This document shows, in pieces, positions 37,018 through 46,918 of a DNA stretch of 64,000 nucleotides. Numbering within the stretch: the first letter of the stretch is position 1; every line of letters begins with the position of its first letter. The stretch lies in assembly GCF_013122565.1 (NCBI RefSeq), contig NZ_CP053258.1; one strand, 5' to 3'. A model generated the notes under the pieces. The model had not been told where the DNA came from. It saw nothing but the letters and a program-made list of their open reading frames with translations, and made no database searches. Both the position numbers and the translations under genes were made by a program. The DNA is from Escherichia coli (GTDB lineage Bacteria > Pseudomonadota > Gammaproteobacteria > Enterobacterales > Enterobacteriaceae).

Positions 37018-37793
37018 ACGGCTTCCTCCCCAGCCTGTTGGCAGTCGGCATACAGGTCGGCTACCAGAACTCCCGTGATATAGCGTTTATAGGCCACGCT
37101 GCCCCGCAAATCTTCCTGCGGGAAAATGGCGTTGGCGACAGCCTGTTCAAGTGCATTGCCTTCCAGATTTTGTTTTTCGACATCGTGCAGACGCAGTGCT
37201 TTACTGGCGACGCCATCCAGCGCAATTCGCATACCGTCGTGGTCTGTCATTGCAACGGCAGCCGTCACGACGGTTAAACCTGCCTGAGAACGGCTAATTT
37301 TGCGGGTCGCACAGGTACGATACGGATCTTTAATGATAATTTCAGTTAGCAGGCGATCGCATGGGCAGGCCAGGTAGTCCTCGATTGACAGCGTTTCGCC
37401 GTTGCCAAAAACCAGTTCAGCATCCAGTGCCAGCAGGACGGGAAGCAGCACCGACTCTTCCTGCCGGGCAGCGATTTCACCACCAATGGTCGACTGATTA
37501 CGAACATGGCGTGAGTAAACAAAACCGAGAGCTTCACGCAGTGCTGCAGGAATAAATCGCGCATCACGCAGTGGCTGCAAGCGAGACATTGCACCAATCC
37601 GCAGTGCACCGTTATCCCAGTCAACCCAGTCCAGTTCCAGATCCTGTAAGGAAATGGCAATCTTTTTATCGGTACGGGTTGGTGTAGCGTTGAGTTTGCT
37701 GCCCCCGGCGAACCAGACGGCTTCATCCTGGTAGCGGCGCTTCAGTTCCAGCGCCTGTTCGACAGAGTCGGGCCTGAAAAATTGTTCAATCAT
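37014..37793 (-). CDS. ygfM: FAD-binding subunit of a molybdo-hydroxylase (CoxM/XdhB-like)
   Basis: 259 aa; stop overlaps the xdhD start. Confidence 0.85.
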   Translation of the reverse strand: MIEQFFRPDSVEQALELKRRYQDEAVWFAGGSKLNATPTRTDKKIAISLQDLELDWVDWDNGALRIGAMSRLQPLRDARFIPAALREALGFVYSRHVRNQSTIGGEIAARQEESVLLPVLLALDAELVFGNGETLSIEDYLACPCDRLLTEIIIKDPYRTCATRKISRSQAGLTVVTAAVAMTDHDGMRIALDGVASKALRLHDVEKQNLEGNALEQAVANAIFPQEDLRGSVAYKRYITGVLVADLYADCQQAGEEAV

Positions 37794-37843
37794 CTTCTTT
37801 CCTTATTTAACCCTCTTCCCTGCGGGAAGAGGGCATCTGTCAT

Positions 37844-39172
37844 TTATGCCAGCGCATCCATCCGACGCCACATACTGGCAGCGGCTTTTCTGGCTTGTGC
37901 ATAAATGGAATCGCAATCGAAGTTAAACTGACGGTCTTCATAGACCATCACACCATTGACCATCACGCTGTGAACGCTGCCTGAGCCCATACCGAAAGCG
38001 ATATGCCCGGCGATATTGTCTGCCAGCAGCGGCGTCGGCGAGTTGTAATCGCAAATGGTTAAATCAGCTTTGTAACCGGCTTCCAGAAGCCCAAATTTCG
38101 CGCCAAAGTTGCGACTCATCAGTTCGTTACCGTTAGTCAGGGCTTTGGCAAAACTGTCAGGCCACAGCGGACCACCCGCATCGCGATGTTTAAAGAAGGC
38201 AAATTTCATCTCTTCAAACATGTCCGAACCAATGCCGTCCGTTCCCAACGCCAGATTGCGGATGTCGCTAAGGTGATGGTTGTAGCCGACATGGTTGTTC
38301 ATGTTTGAACGGGCGTTATGCACCAGGAACGCATCGCGCTGATTGAGTAGGGCGATGTCATCTTTCGACAAGTACAGCCCATGAGCGACCAGCGTTTTGC
38401 TGTCGATGAGATCGAATTGCGCCAGTCGTGCCAGCAGGTCTTTGCCGTACCTGTGGTGACTGTAGGAAACGTCGTAAAGGTCTTCCGCAGCGTGAATATG
38501 CAAACCACGGCCTGTGGCTTTCACGGCTTCACGCAGCATCTCCAGACCGGCATCTGGCACGGTAAACGGTGCGTGAGCGCCGATATGTGCTTCCACCAGA
38601 TACGGCTCGGTTGCTGCTTTCTTCGCCTCATCAATCTGACGGGCGAAGCGGATGTTTTCTTCTACACCTTCCTGCAACTCTTTGATGCCGTTGTTACGGT
38701 CAGTAGTTTCAAAACAGGTCATCGCGCGCAGGCCAACTTTTAAAAATGCGTCGCGCAATGTGGAGAGCGACCCGCCGATATACGCCGGAGAGGCATGGTG
38801 ATCGATAACCGATGTACATCCGCTCTTAATCGCTTCCAGGGAGCAAATCAGCCCGCTGTAATAGAGCGACTCTTCATCAAGGGCGCGATCGAGCCGCCAC
38901 CAGAGATTTTTCAGCGTTGAGATGAAATCCGGGCAGGGGGCGATGTTTGCCATAATTCCGCGGGAAAGCCCCGAGTAAAAATGGTTGTGCGAGCAGACAA
39001 TTCCCGGCATCACAATCCGACCATGCATCTCTTTGTAGCTGGCATCGGGGTAGCGTTGCGTCAGGGCATCTCCGATAGCGACAATCACATCATTTTCGAT
39101 AGCGATATCAACGCCTTCCTGCACTTTCGCCGGGTGTAACTGCACTGCGGTGACATTCTTCAGAATCAACAT
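37844..39172 (-). CDS. ssnA: amidohydrolase-superfamily protein (chlorohydrolase / deaminase-like)
   Basis: 442 aa with metal-binding HxH near the N-terminus (SHNHFYSG). Confidence 0.85.
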   Translation of the reverse strand: MLILKNVTAVQLHPAKVQEGVDIAIENDVIVAIGDALTQRYPDASYKEMHGRIVMPGIVCSHNHFYSGLSRGIMANIAPCPDFISTLKNLWWRLDRALDEESLYYSGLICSLEAIKSGCTSVIDHHASPAYIGGSLSTLRDAFLKVGLRAMTCFETTDRNNGIKELQEGVEENIRFARQIDEAKKAATEPYLVEAHIGAHAPFTVPDAGLEMLREAVKATGRGLHIHAAEDLYDVSYSHHRYGKDLLARLAQFDLIDSKTLVAHGLYLSKDDIALLNQRDAFLVHNARSNMNNHVGYNHHLSDIRNLALGTDGIGSDMFEEMKFAFFKHRDAGGPLWPDSFAKALTNGNELMSRNFGAKFGLLEAGYKADLTICDYNSPTPLLADNIAGHIAFGMGSGSVHSVMVNGVMVYEDRQFNFDCDSIYAQARKAAASMWRRMDALA

Positions 39173-39174
39173 GA

Positions 39175-42100
39175 TTACACCTCCACGCGGCCCAGCAGAT
39201 AATGATGATGCTGGTGGACATGGCTAATAATGCGGCACATATCGTTCAGCTCATGTGGTACGTTGTTGAACTGACCTTCGCTGTCGATGTTTAACACCCA
39301 GCTTTGGTTATTCAGACGCACTCGTACCCGGCAATCTTCCACAAGGAAGCCTGGGTTGCTGCTGTTATCAAAGTCTTGCGCCAGGCTGAAGACGGTGATT
39401 TTGTCTTTGTATGGTTTACCGTTCCACGGACAGAACTGAGCGCAGTTGCCGCATTCGTTACAGTAAGCGTCGAGGTGCAGCGTCTGGAATCTATTCTGGA
39501 AGCCTGGGACCGCAATGGAGACGTTGGCGCGGTTCGGGCAGACATCCACACACTTGCTGCAAACGTAGTTACATTCGAGGCAGCGAGCGGCTTCCTGGGC
39601 GACAAACGCGTCACGATCGTCACTGTTCACCAGCGTGATAGAGATATCGCCTTTACGTTGATAGATTTCCGCCGGATTGACGTTGTTCCAGTATTTATCG
39701 TTCTGGTGGGAACGGATATTTTCCCGACTAAGGATGGCATCGGTCGCCCGACGCGCGGTTCCGACAGCAGCGACAATGGAGGATGGTCCGCGCTGTACGT
39801 CGCCGATCATAAAGACGTCAGTCAGACGAGTTTCGCCATTATGGTCGACGTCTGGCCAGCCGTTTTTGTCCAGCGGCACGCCCATCGCATTCAGGGCTTC
39901 AGTATCCTGCTGTTCACCAATGGCGGTGATCAGGCTGTCTACATGCAGTGTTACTGTTTCGTTGGTTTCAACCGGACGACGACGACCTTTCTCATCCGGT
40001 TCGCCAAGCGACATAACGCGCAAGGTTAAGGTGCCATCAGCATCGAAACGTTCCGGATTGTTCAGGAAACGGAACTCCACGCCGTCGTGCAACGCTTCTT
40101 CATACTCTTCGCGCCATGCGGGCATCTCTTGCAGTGAACGACGGTAAACGATCGTTGCTTTTTCTACGCCTGGAACGCGTAACGCCGCACGAGCGCAGTC
40201 CATTGCGGTGTTACCCGCCCCGACAACGACCACATGTTTGCCCAGCTTGAGCGCTGTACCCTTGTTGTATTCACGCAGGAAGGGGAGTGATTTCCAGACA
40301 TTTTGGTTGTCGCCCGCCAGTTTCACACCGCTATTTTTATCAGTGCCGGTGGCAATCAGAACATAGTGGAAGCCCTGATTTTTTAACTGTTCAACGGTCA
40401 AATCGGGTGAGCAGCCATACTCAAATTTCACGCCGTGAGCGGCAACAAAATCGATATCGTGCTGAATTAACTCTGCAGGAATACGGAACTGAGGGATGAT
40501 ATTTTTCACCACGCCGCCCGCATTGGCTTCGCGTTCAAACAGCGTAACCGGATGGCCCGCTCTGGCAAGGAAGTAACCTGCAGCCAGACCCGCCGGACCT
40601 GCACCAATCACGGCAACCGGATGGCGTGAACCAGAACCGGCTGGTTTGTGCCAACGTTGCTTATATTCATCCCAACCTTTTTCCAGCGCGACTTTTTTCA
40701 GTTCGCGGATATTCAGTGCACTGTCGTAATCCAGGCGGGTACAGTTGTATTGGCACTGGTGATCGCAAATATGACCGGTAATGGCGGGCAGGGCGTTGCG
40801 TTGGTAGATAAGTTCCAGCGCGTCGGCATAGCGGTGTTCGCCAAGCAGACGGATGTATTCCGGAATATCTTGCTTGATAGCGCAGGCAGTAACACAGGGG
40901 GCAACGTAGCAGTCGGTCAGCGGCAGGTCTTCTGCCACTTCAATACGCTCTTCTGGCTTCCAGTGTTTCTGGGTGTATTCCATGGTTAGCGCGTCTGCTG
41001 CCAGTCTGTTCAGTCGTTCGACGTCAACATGGTCAAGTCCCCAGGCGTCGGAGCCTTCCAGCTCGCGCATGCAGGCACTTAAGCGCAGATAGCCACCAGG
41101 TTTCAGCAGATCGGTTGCCATAGTAATAGGGCGAATACCAGTATCAAAAATATCGCGGATAGTCAGCTGACTGGCACCACCGGAATAAGAAATGGGCAGT
41201 TTGCCGTCAAAGGCGCGAGAGAGAACTGCTGCAACATTGATGGAGAGCGGGAACAGCGCACGGCCTGACATATACATCTCTTCACCGGGCAGTGCGCCTT
41301 TATTGTTGATGGTGCCGAGAGTGTTAGTCAGTTTTACGCCAAAGCCGAGTGATTTTTCTTTTGCCAGTGCCATCAGGCGTTCCAGCATTTCCAGCGCTTG
41401 CGTCAGCTTGAGGTCGTGATCAAATGACTCTTCTTTTAAGCCTATGTAACCGAAACCGCAGACATCGAGGATCTCACGAACACGCGCGTACCCCAGTAAG
41501 GTCGGGTTAAGTTTCACAAAGGTGTTGAGCCCTTTTTCTTCCAGCATGTAGCGGCAAATGGCTTCGATTTCATGCGGAGGACAGCCGTGCATGGTGGAGA
41601 GGGTGACGCCATGCACCATACTGGTGGGGATGCGAGCGGGTAAGGCTTGCAAGCTTTCGCGTTTTTCCTGCAATCCGTGGCGAGCTAAAAATGCGTCATC
41701 CTGGAGTAATTTATTCAGCGTATCGCGATATTGAGCGAATTTCGGATGGTCAGATGCGTCCATCATATTGTCGATGAACTGTTGCATCGGCGGTTGCTTA
41801 ATACCTTCGAGGTTGTAACCGACGCTCATATTAAAGATGAACGATTTACCGGAATCAGAAGGCTGGAACATCGCTTCGAGAAGGTGCAGGGCAAACCAGG
41901 CTTTGAGGTATTCATCCCAGGCTTTAAGCAGGGTAAATTCGGTAGACCATTCGGTGTTAAAACACTCGTCTTCGGCATCGATACAGGGCTTTTCCAGCTC
42001 CAGGCGGTCAAGAATTTGGACGGTTTTTAGTTCGATGAAGCGTCCGCCAGTCAGCCAGGAAGTGACAATATTTTGCGCGAGCTGCGTGTGCGGGCCAGCG

Positions 42101-42273
42101 GCAGGGCCGACGGGAGTGGCACAGGTTTCACCGAAGACGCTAACAGTTTTACCTTTTACGGGTGAGTAAAACTGTTGCTCGGGAATACCAAAGATTGAGC
42201 GTTGTTGTTGGTATTCATCAAATATGCGCGTCAAAAGTTCCTCAAACGGAATGGGACGCATAATATCCCCCAT
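39175..42273 (-). CDS. ygfK: large Fe-S flavoprotein oxidoreductase (GltD-like domain plus ferredoxin-like C-terminus)
   Basis: 1032 aa; dinucleotide-binding [21 protein letters not shown] and VVVVGAGNTAMDC; C-terminal Cys clusters. Confidence 0.9.
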   Translation of the reverse strand: MGDIMRPIPFEELLTRIFDEYQQQRSIFGIPEQQFYSPVKGKTVSVFGETCATPVGPAAGPHTQLAQNIVTSWLTGGRFIELKTVQILDRLELEKPCIDAEDECFNTEWSTEFTLLKAWDEYLKAWFALHLLEAMFQPSDSGKSFIFNMSVGYNLEGIKQPPMQQFIDNMMDASDHPKFAQYRDTLNKLLQDDAFLARHGLQEKRESLQALPARIPTSMVHGVTLSTMHGCPPHEIEAICRYMLEEKGLNTFVKLNPTLLGYARVREILDVCGFGYIGLKEESFDHDLKLTQALEMLERLMALAKEKSLGFGVKLTNTLGTINNKGALPGEEMYMSGRALFPLSINVAAVLSRAFDGKLPISYSGGASQLTIRDIFDTGIRPITMATDLLKPGGYLRLSACMRELEGSDAWGLDHVDVERLNRLAADALTMEYTQKHWKPEERIEVAEDLPLTDCYVAPCVTACAIKQDIPEYIRLLGEHRYADALELIYQRNALPAITGHICDHQCQYNCTRLDYDSALNIRELKKVALEKGWDEYKQRWHKPAGSGSRHPVAVIGAGPAGLAAGYFLARAGHPVTLFEREANAGGVVKNIIPQFRIPAELIQHDIDFVAAHGVKFEYGCSPDLTVEQLKNQGFHYVLIATGTDKNSGVKLAGDNQNVWKSLPFLREYNKGTALKLGKHVVVVGAGNTAMDCARAALRVPGVEKATIVYRRSLQEMPAWREEYEEALHDGVEFRFLNNPERFDADGTLTLRVMSLGEPDEKGRRRPVETNETVTLHVDSLITAIGEQQDTEALNAMGVPLDKNGWPDVDHNGETRLTDVFMIGDVQRGPSSIVAAVGTARRATDAILSRENIRSHQNDKYWNNVNPAEIYQRKGDISITLVNSDDRDAFVAQEAARCLECNYVCSKCVDVCPNRANVSIAVPGFQNRFQTLHLDAYCNECGNCAQFCPWNGKPYKDKITVFSLAQDFDNSSNPGFLVEDCRVRVRLNNQSWVLNIDSEGQFNNVPHELNDMCRIISHVHQHHHYLLGRVEV

Positions 42274-42594
42274 AACCCTCTCCTTAGCTTATACAGATAT
42301 CATTGAGTGACCGGTGTTGAGAAATCCGGTGGTTTAGGGGGATAGAGCAACAATCGCACCACTCTTGCCAGGTTTGGCGGGAAATATAAAAAAATGTGAG
42401 GCGGCTCGAAACTTAAGGGCTTTTTGTGAATGAACTCACAGGTGCCAAATGAGAATTAAAATCACTCCTGAAAATTATTATTGCCAGCCCATTTATCACT
42501 TTTTCTCTTTTCTCAAAATTAGTGATTCCTTATCATTATGATAAAGAGTGCTGGAGGGGTTAAATATTTGAACGCAATCGTTTAACTACGTTTT

Positions 42595-43173
42595 CTAAAT
42601 TTCAGTATACCTTTTCTTCGCTGTAATAAAGTCGTCCGGAGTATCAATATCTAAAATTATTTCTGCATTTTCTATTTCGACGGAATAATGATCTCCCATA
42701 AGGAATGCCTGACGCATATTGGTGACATTGGGTCGCTGGAATGCCTGCATCAAGCATGGTTTTGACACTAAAATCGGATGGCCGGGGATGCCATTATGAA
42801 GTGGCAGTATTGCGCCATCATTTCGTAACGACCAGATTTTTCTAAAAATATCAATGGTGAGGGTTGGCATGTCACCGTGGGTGAGAAAACAATGTTCTGT
42901 TTGCACTGCGGGTACTGCGGCCTTGACTGATGTTAGTAAACCCTGGGCATAATCTGGGTTGTGAATAATAGTGATATTACTCTGGTTCGCATAACGTTCG
43001 TGCAGTTCATTACCACGATAGCCGGTGACTAAAATAATTCGGCTACAAAACTGCAACGCATTTTTGATACTTGTATCAAGAATTGTTCCCTGTTGCCAGG
43101 GTAACATCATTTTCCATTGCCCCATTCTTGATGATAATCCGGCAGCGGTAATTATACAGTCGATGGCTGACAT
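42595..43173 (-). CDS. mocA: molybdenum cofactor cytidylyltransferase (MobA-like)
   Basis: 192 aa MSAIDCIITAAGLSSRMGQWKMMLPW, nucleotidyltransferase motif. Confidence 0.85.
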   Translation of the reverse strand: MSAIDCIITAAGLSSRMGQWKMMLPWQQGTILDTSIKNALQFCSRIILVTGYRGNELHERYANQSNITIIHNPDYAQGLLTSVKAAVPAVQTEHCFLTHGDMPTLTIDIFRKIWSLRNDGAILPLHNGIPGHPILVSKPCLMQAFQRPNVTNMRQAFLMGDHYSVEIENAEIILDIDTPDDFITAKKRYTEI

Positions 43174-43275
43174 AGTGGTTCCATTATTTATAGGGGCTAA
43201 TAACGCCTGATAATTGCGTTACTTCCTGATGGATTAAGTTGGGGGTAATTTATCCCAGAGAGGTCATAAAGACTC

Positions 43276-44046
43276 GTGAAAAGTATAGTTGACCCATCGG
43301 CATTATTCATTGATTTAGGTGCACAGAAACGTCCCACTGTGATTTCTGTTGTTGGTGCTGGGGGGAAAACCAGCTTGCTTTTTTGGCTGGCAGAACGGCT
43401 CCAGACTAGCGGCAGGCGTGTGTTAATCACGACGACGACACATATGTTTATGCCAACGTCACACTGGCCCGTGGTTTTCTGTCGTGATCCCGCCATGCTT
43501 CCTCATGCGTCTCTTACATCCCCCATTTCATTTTGTTTTCACAGCTGGAAAGCGAACCAGGGAAAAGTGCAGGGATTTACGCCAGAAGCGATTGATGCAC
43601 TGGTGCAACGACCAGAGTGTGACGTAATTCTCATTGAAGCAGATGGCTCGCGTGGAATGCCGTTAAAAGCCCCTGATGAGCACGAACCTTGCATACCCAA
43701 AAGCAGTTGCTGCGTGATTGCTGTGATGGGAGGACATATTTTGGGCGCGAAAGTGAGCACAGAAAATGTCCATCGCTGGTCGCAGTTTGCTGATATTACC
43801 GGGTTAACACCTGATGCAACCTTGCAACTGAGCGATCTCGTTGCGCTGGTTCGCCACCCTCAGGGGGCGTTTAAAAACGTACCGCAAGGTTGTCGGCGAG
43901 TCTGGTTCATTAACCGTTTTTCTCAATGTGAGAATGCGATTGCGCAAAGCGAGCTCCTTCAACCGCTGCAACAACACGACGTAGAGGCAATCTGGCTGGG
44001 CGATATACAAGAACATCCTGCAATCGCGCGCAGATTTGTGAATTAG
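43276..44046 (+). CDS. yqeC: YqeC-family accessory protein of selenium-dependent molybdenum hydroxylases (P-loop)
   Basis: 256 aa with Walker A-like VVGAGGKTS; paired with yqeB. Confidence 0.85.
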   Translation: MKSIVDPSALFIDLGAQKRPTVISVVGAGGKTSLLFWLAERLQTSGRRVLITTTTHMFMPTSHWPVVFCRDPAMLPHASLTSPISFCFHSWKANQGKVQGFTPEAIDALVQRPECDVILIEADGSRGMPLKAPDEHEPCIPKSSCCVIAVMGGHILGAKVSTENVHRWSQFADITGLTPDATLQLSDLVALVRHPQGAFKNVPQGCRRVWFINRFSQCENAIAQSELLQPLQQHDVEAIWLGDIQEHPAIARRFVN

Positions 44047-44093
44047 CGGCCCGGGTATTCCGGGTTACTGAAAGGATATCCATTGAGGTTGGT

Positions 44094-45719
44094 ATGAATA
44101 TTTTCACAGAGGCTGCAAAACTCGAAGAGCAAAATTGTCCGTTTGCGATGGCGCAAATTGTTGATAGCCGAGGCTCGACTCCCCGCCATTCTGCACAAAT
44201 GTTAGTGCGCGCCGATGGCTCTATCGTCGGTACAATTGGTGGCGGAATGGTTGAGCGGAAGGTGATTGAAGAGTCGCTTCAGGCATTGCAGGAGCGTAAG
44301 CCGCGATTATTCCATGGACGTATGGCTCGTAACGGTGCGGATGCTGTCGGGTCAGATTGTGGAGGTGCAATGTCAGTATTTATCAGCGTCCATGGTATGC
44401 GTCCACGTCTGGTGTTGATTGGCGCGGGGCATGTCAACCGGGCGATAGCCCAGAGTGCGGCGCTATTAGGATTTGATATTGCCGTTGCCGATATTTATCG
44501 CGAAAGCCTCAATCCTGAACTATTCCCTCCATCAACCACGCTTCTCCATGCTGAGTCGTTTGGTGCGGCAGTGGAAGCACTGGATATTCGCCCTGATAAT
44601 TTTGTCCTGATTGCCACGAATAATCAGGATCGTGAAGCCCTCGACAAACTCATTGAACAGCCCATTGCATGGTTGGGGTTGCTGGCAAGTCGTCGCAAGG
44701 TTCAGCTTTTCCTGCGTCAATTGCGTGAGAAAGGCGTGGCTGAAGAACATATTGCCCGTTTACATGCGCCCGTTGGTTACAACATAGGTGCGGAAACGCC
44801 GCAGGAGATCGCCATCAGCGTGCTGGCAGAAATATTACAGGTGAAAAATAACGCGCCGGGTGGGCTGATGATGAAACCTTCTCATCCTTCCGGACACCAG
44901 CTGGTGGTGATTCGCGGTGCGGGAGATATCGCCAGTGGTGTGGCGCTACGTCTGTATCATGCGGGTTTTAAAGTGATCATGCTGGAAGTGGAAAAACCGA
45001 CAGTGATTCGTTGTACCGTGGCGTTTGCCCAGGCCGTGTTCGATGGCGAAACGACGGTCGAAGGCGTCACTGCCCGCCTGGCAACCAGCTCTGCGGAAGC
45101 GATGAAACTTACCGAACGCGGATTCATCCCTGTGATGGTAGATCCCGCCTGTTCATTGCTTGATGAACTGAAACCGCTTTGCGTGGTGGACGCTATTCTG
45201 GCGAAACAGAATTTGGGAACGCGGGCAGATATGGCACCAGTAACAATCGCGCTTGGGCCGGGCTTTACTGCAGGGAAGGATTGTCATGCGGTAATTGAAA
45301 CAAATCGCGGGCACTGGCTCGGTCAGGTGATTTACTCTGGTTGTGCGCAGGAGAATACCGGTGTTCCTGGCAATATTATGGGGCATACCACCCGACGGGT
45401 GATCCGTGCTCCTGCTGCAGGCATTATGCGATCCAACGTGAAATTAGGCGATCTGGTGAAAGAGGGCGATGTGATTGCCTGGATTGGTGAGCATGAAATT
45501 AAAGCACCGTTGACGGGAATGGTGCGTGGCTTGTTGAACGACGGCCTGGCAGTGGTTGGTGGTTTTAAAATTGGTGATATTGATCCTCGTGGTGAAACCG
45601 CTGATTTCACCAGCGTTTCTGATAAAGCCCGGGCGATTGGCGGCGGCGTACTTGAGGCGTTAATGATGTTGATGCATCAGGGCGTTAAAGCGACGAAAGA
45701 AGTGCTGGAAGTGGCTTAA
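44094..45719 (+). CDS. yqeB: YqeB-family accessory protein of selenium-dependent molybdenum hydroxylases (XdhC/CoxI-like)
   Basis: 541 aa; XdhC-like Rossmann region. Confidence 0.85.
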   Translation: MNIFTEAAKLEEQNCPFAMAQIVDSRGSTPRHSAQMLVRADGSIVGTIGGGMVERKVIEESLQALQERKPRLFHGRMARNGADAVGSDCGGAMSVFISVHGMRPRLVLIGAGHVNRAIAQSAALLGFDIAVADIYRESLNPELFPPSTTLLHAESFGAAVEALDIRPDNFVLIATNNQDREALDKLIEQPIAWLGLLASRRKVQLFLRQLREKGVAEEHIARLHAPVGYNIGAETPQEIAISVLAEILQVKNNAPGGLMMKPSHPSGHQLVVIRGAGDIASGVALRLYHAGFKVIMLEVEKPTVIRCTVAFAQAVFDGETTVEGVTARLATSSAEAMKLTERGFIPVMVDPACSLLDELKPLCVVDAILAKQNLGTRADMAPVTIALGPGFTAGKDCHAVIETNRGHWLGQVIYSGCAQENTGVPGNIMGHTTRRVIRAPAAGIMRSNVKLGDLVKEGDVIAWIGEHEIKAPLTGMVRGLLNDGLAVVGGFKIGDIDPRGETADFTSVSDKARAIGGGVLEALMMLMHQGVKATKEVLEVA

Positions 45720-45770
45720 ATGAAAATGGCCGGATGGTATTACCCACCCGGCCTGAGACTGATGACAAAC

Positions 45771-45877
45771 GCCGAATTGCCTGATGGACTACGCTTATCA
45801 GGCCTACAAGTGCATTGCAATCTATTGAATTTACGATGTTTTGTAGGCCGGATAAGGCGCTCGCGCCGCATCCGGCA
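45771..45877. repeat. REP / BIME cluster
   Basis: two inverted REP palindromes (gcctgatggactacgcttatcaggcctac and gtaggccggataaggcgctcgcgccgcatccggca) between convergent yqeB and yqeA. Confidence 0.6.
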
Positions 45878-45938
45878 TCAACAAAGCGCGTTTTGTTAAC
45901 AATCTTTAACCGGATGGCGTATCCATCCGGCCTTTAAA

Positions 45939-46871
45939 TTACTGACAAATCACCGTTCCGGTTTTGCCTTCAATCCCTTCTTTCGCTTTGCTCAACACGG
46001 TAATCAGTGCTTCACGACCTGCGCGAGAGCGAGCAAACGAGGCGGCAGCTTCCACTTTAGGCAGCATAGAACCTTTCGCAAAATGACCTTCTTCGATAAA
46101 GCGTTCAGCATCACTTAATGACAGGCGATCGAGCCACTGTTCATTCTCTTTACCGAAGTTAATGGCCACTTTTTCTACCGCAGTCAGAATGATCAGCATA
46201 TCGGCATCAATCATTTCTGCTAAACGGGCGCTGGCCCAGTCTTTATCGATAACCGCACTGGCACCACGCAGGTGGTTACCTTCACGAATAACAGGGATAC
46301 CACCACCGCCAACGGTAATCACTACCTGGCCTGCTTCTACCAGCGCTTTTACCGTCTCTTTTTCAATAATATCAACCGGTTTTGGTGAAGCAACAACACG
46401 ACGATAGCCGCGACCAGCATCTTCTTTCAGGGTGTAGCCCTGTTTTGTCAGTTGCTCTGCTTCTTGCTCGGTAAAGAACGAACCGATCGGCTTGGTCGGG
46501 TTGAGGAATGCCGGGTCGTTAGCGTCGACTTCGACCTGAGTAACCAGCGTTGCTACAGGTTTATTAATGCCCCGAGAAAGCAGTTCTTCTCTTAAAGCGT
46601 TTTGTAGATCGTAACCAATATAACCCTGGCTTAATGCAACACAGACAGACATCGGCAGCATTGGCGAGTGTGCTTCAGTTTTTGCGGCAGCTTCAAAGGC
46701 CTGGTTAATCATGCCCACCTGTGGCCCGTTACCGTGAGTGACGATGACCTCATGTCCCTGGGCAATTAAATCAACAATTGCCTGAGAAGTAATTTTTACC
46801 GCTTTCATTTGCCCGGCCAGGTCATCGCCCAGCGCATTCCCGCCCAGGGCGAGAACAATTTTCTTACTCAT
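45939..46871 (-). CDS. yqeA: carbamate kinase-like protein
   Basis: 310 aa amino-acid-kinase family, MSKKIVLALGGNALG. Confidence 0.9.
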   Translation of the reverse strand: MSKKIVLALGGNALGDDLAGQMKAVKITSQAIVDLIAQGHEVIVTHGNGPQVGMINQAFEAAAKTEAHSPMLPMSVCVALSQGYIGYDLQNALREELLSRGINKPVATLVTQVEVDANDPAFLNPTKPIGSFFTEQEAEQLTKQGYTLKEDAGRGYRRVVASPKPVDIIEKETVKALVEAGQVVITVGGGGIPVIREGNHLRGASAVIDKDWASARLAEMIDADMLIILTAVEKVAINFGKENEQWLDRLSLSDAERFIEEGHFAKGSMLPKVEAAASFARSRAGREALITVLSKAKEGIEGKTGTVICQ

Positions 46872-46918
46872 TTTTCCTCACTCATCATTCTTGATTGTGT
46901 ATAGATCCCTGGCAGTGG

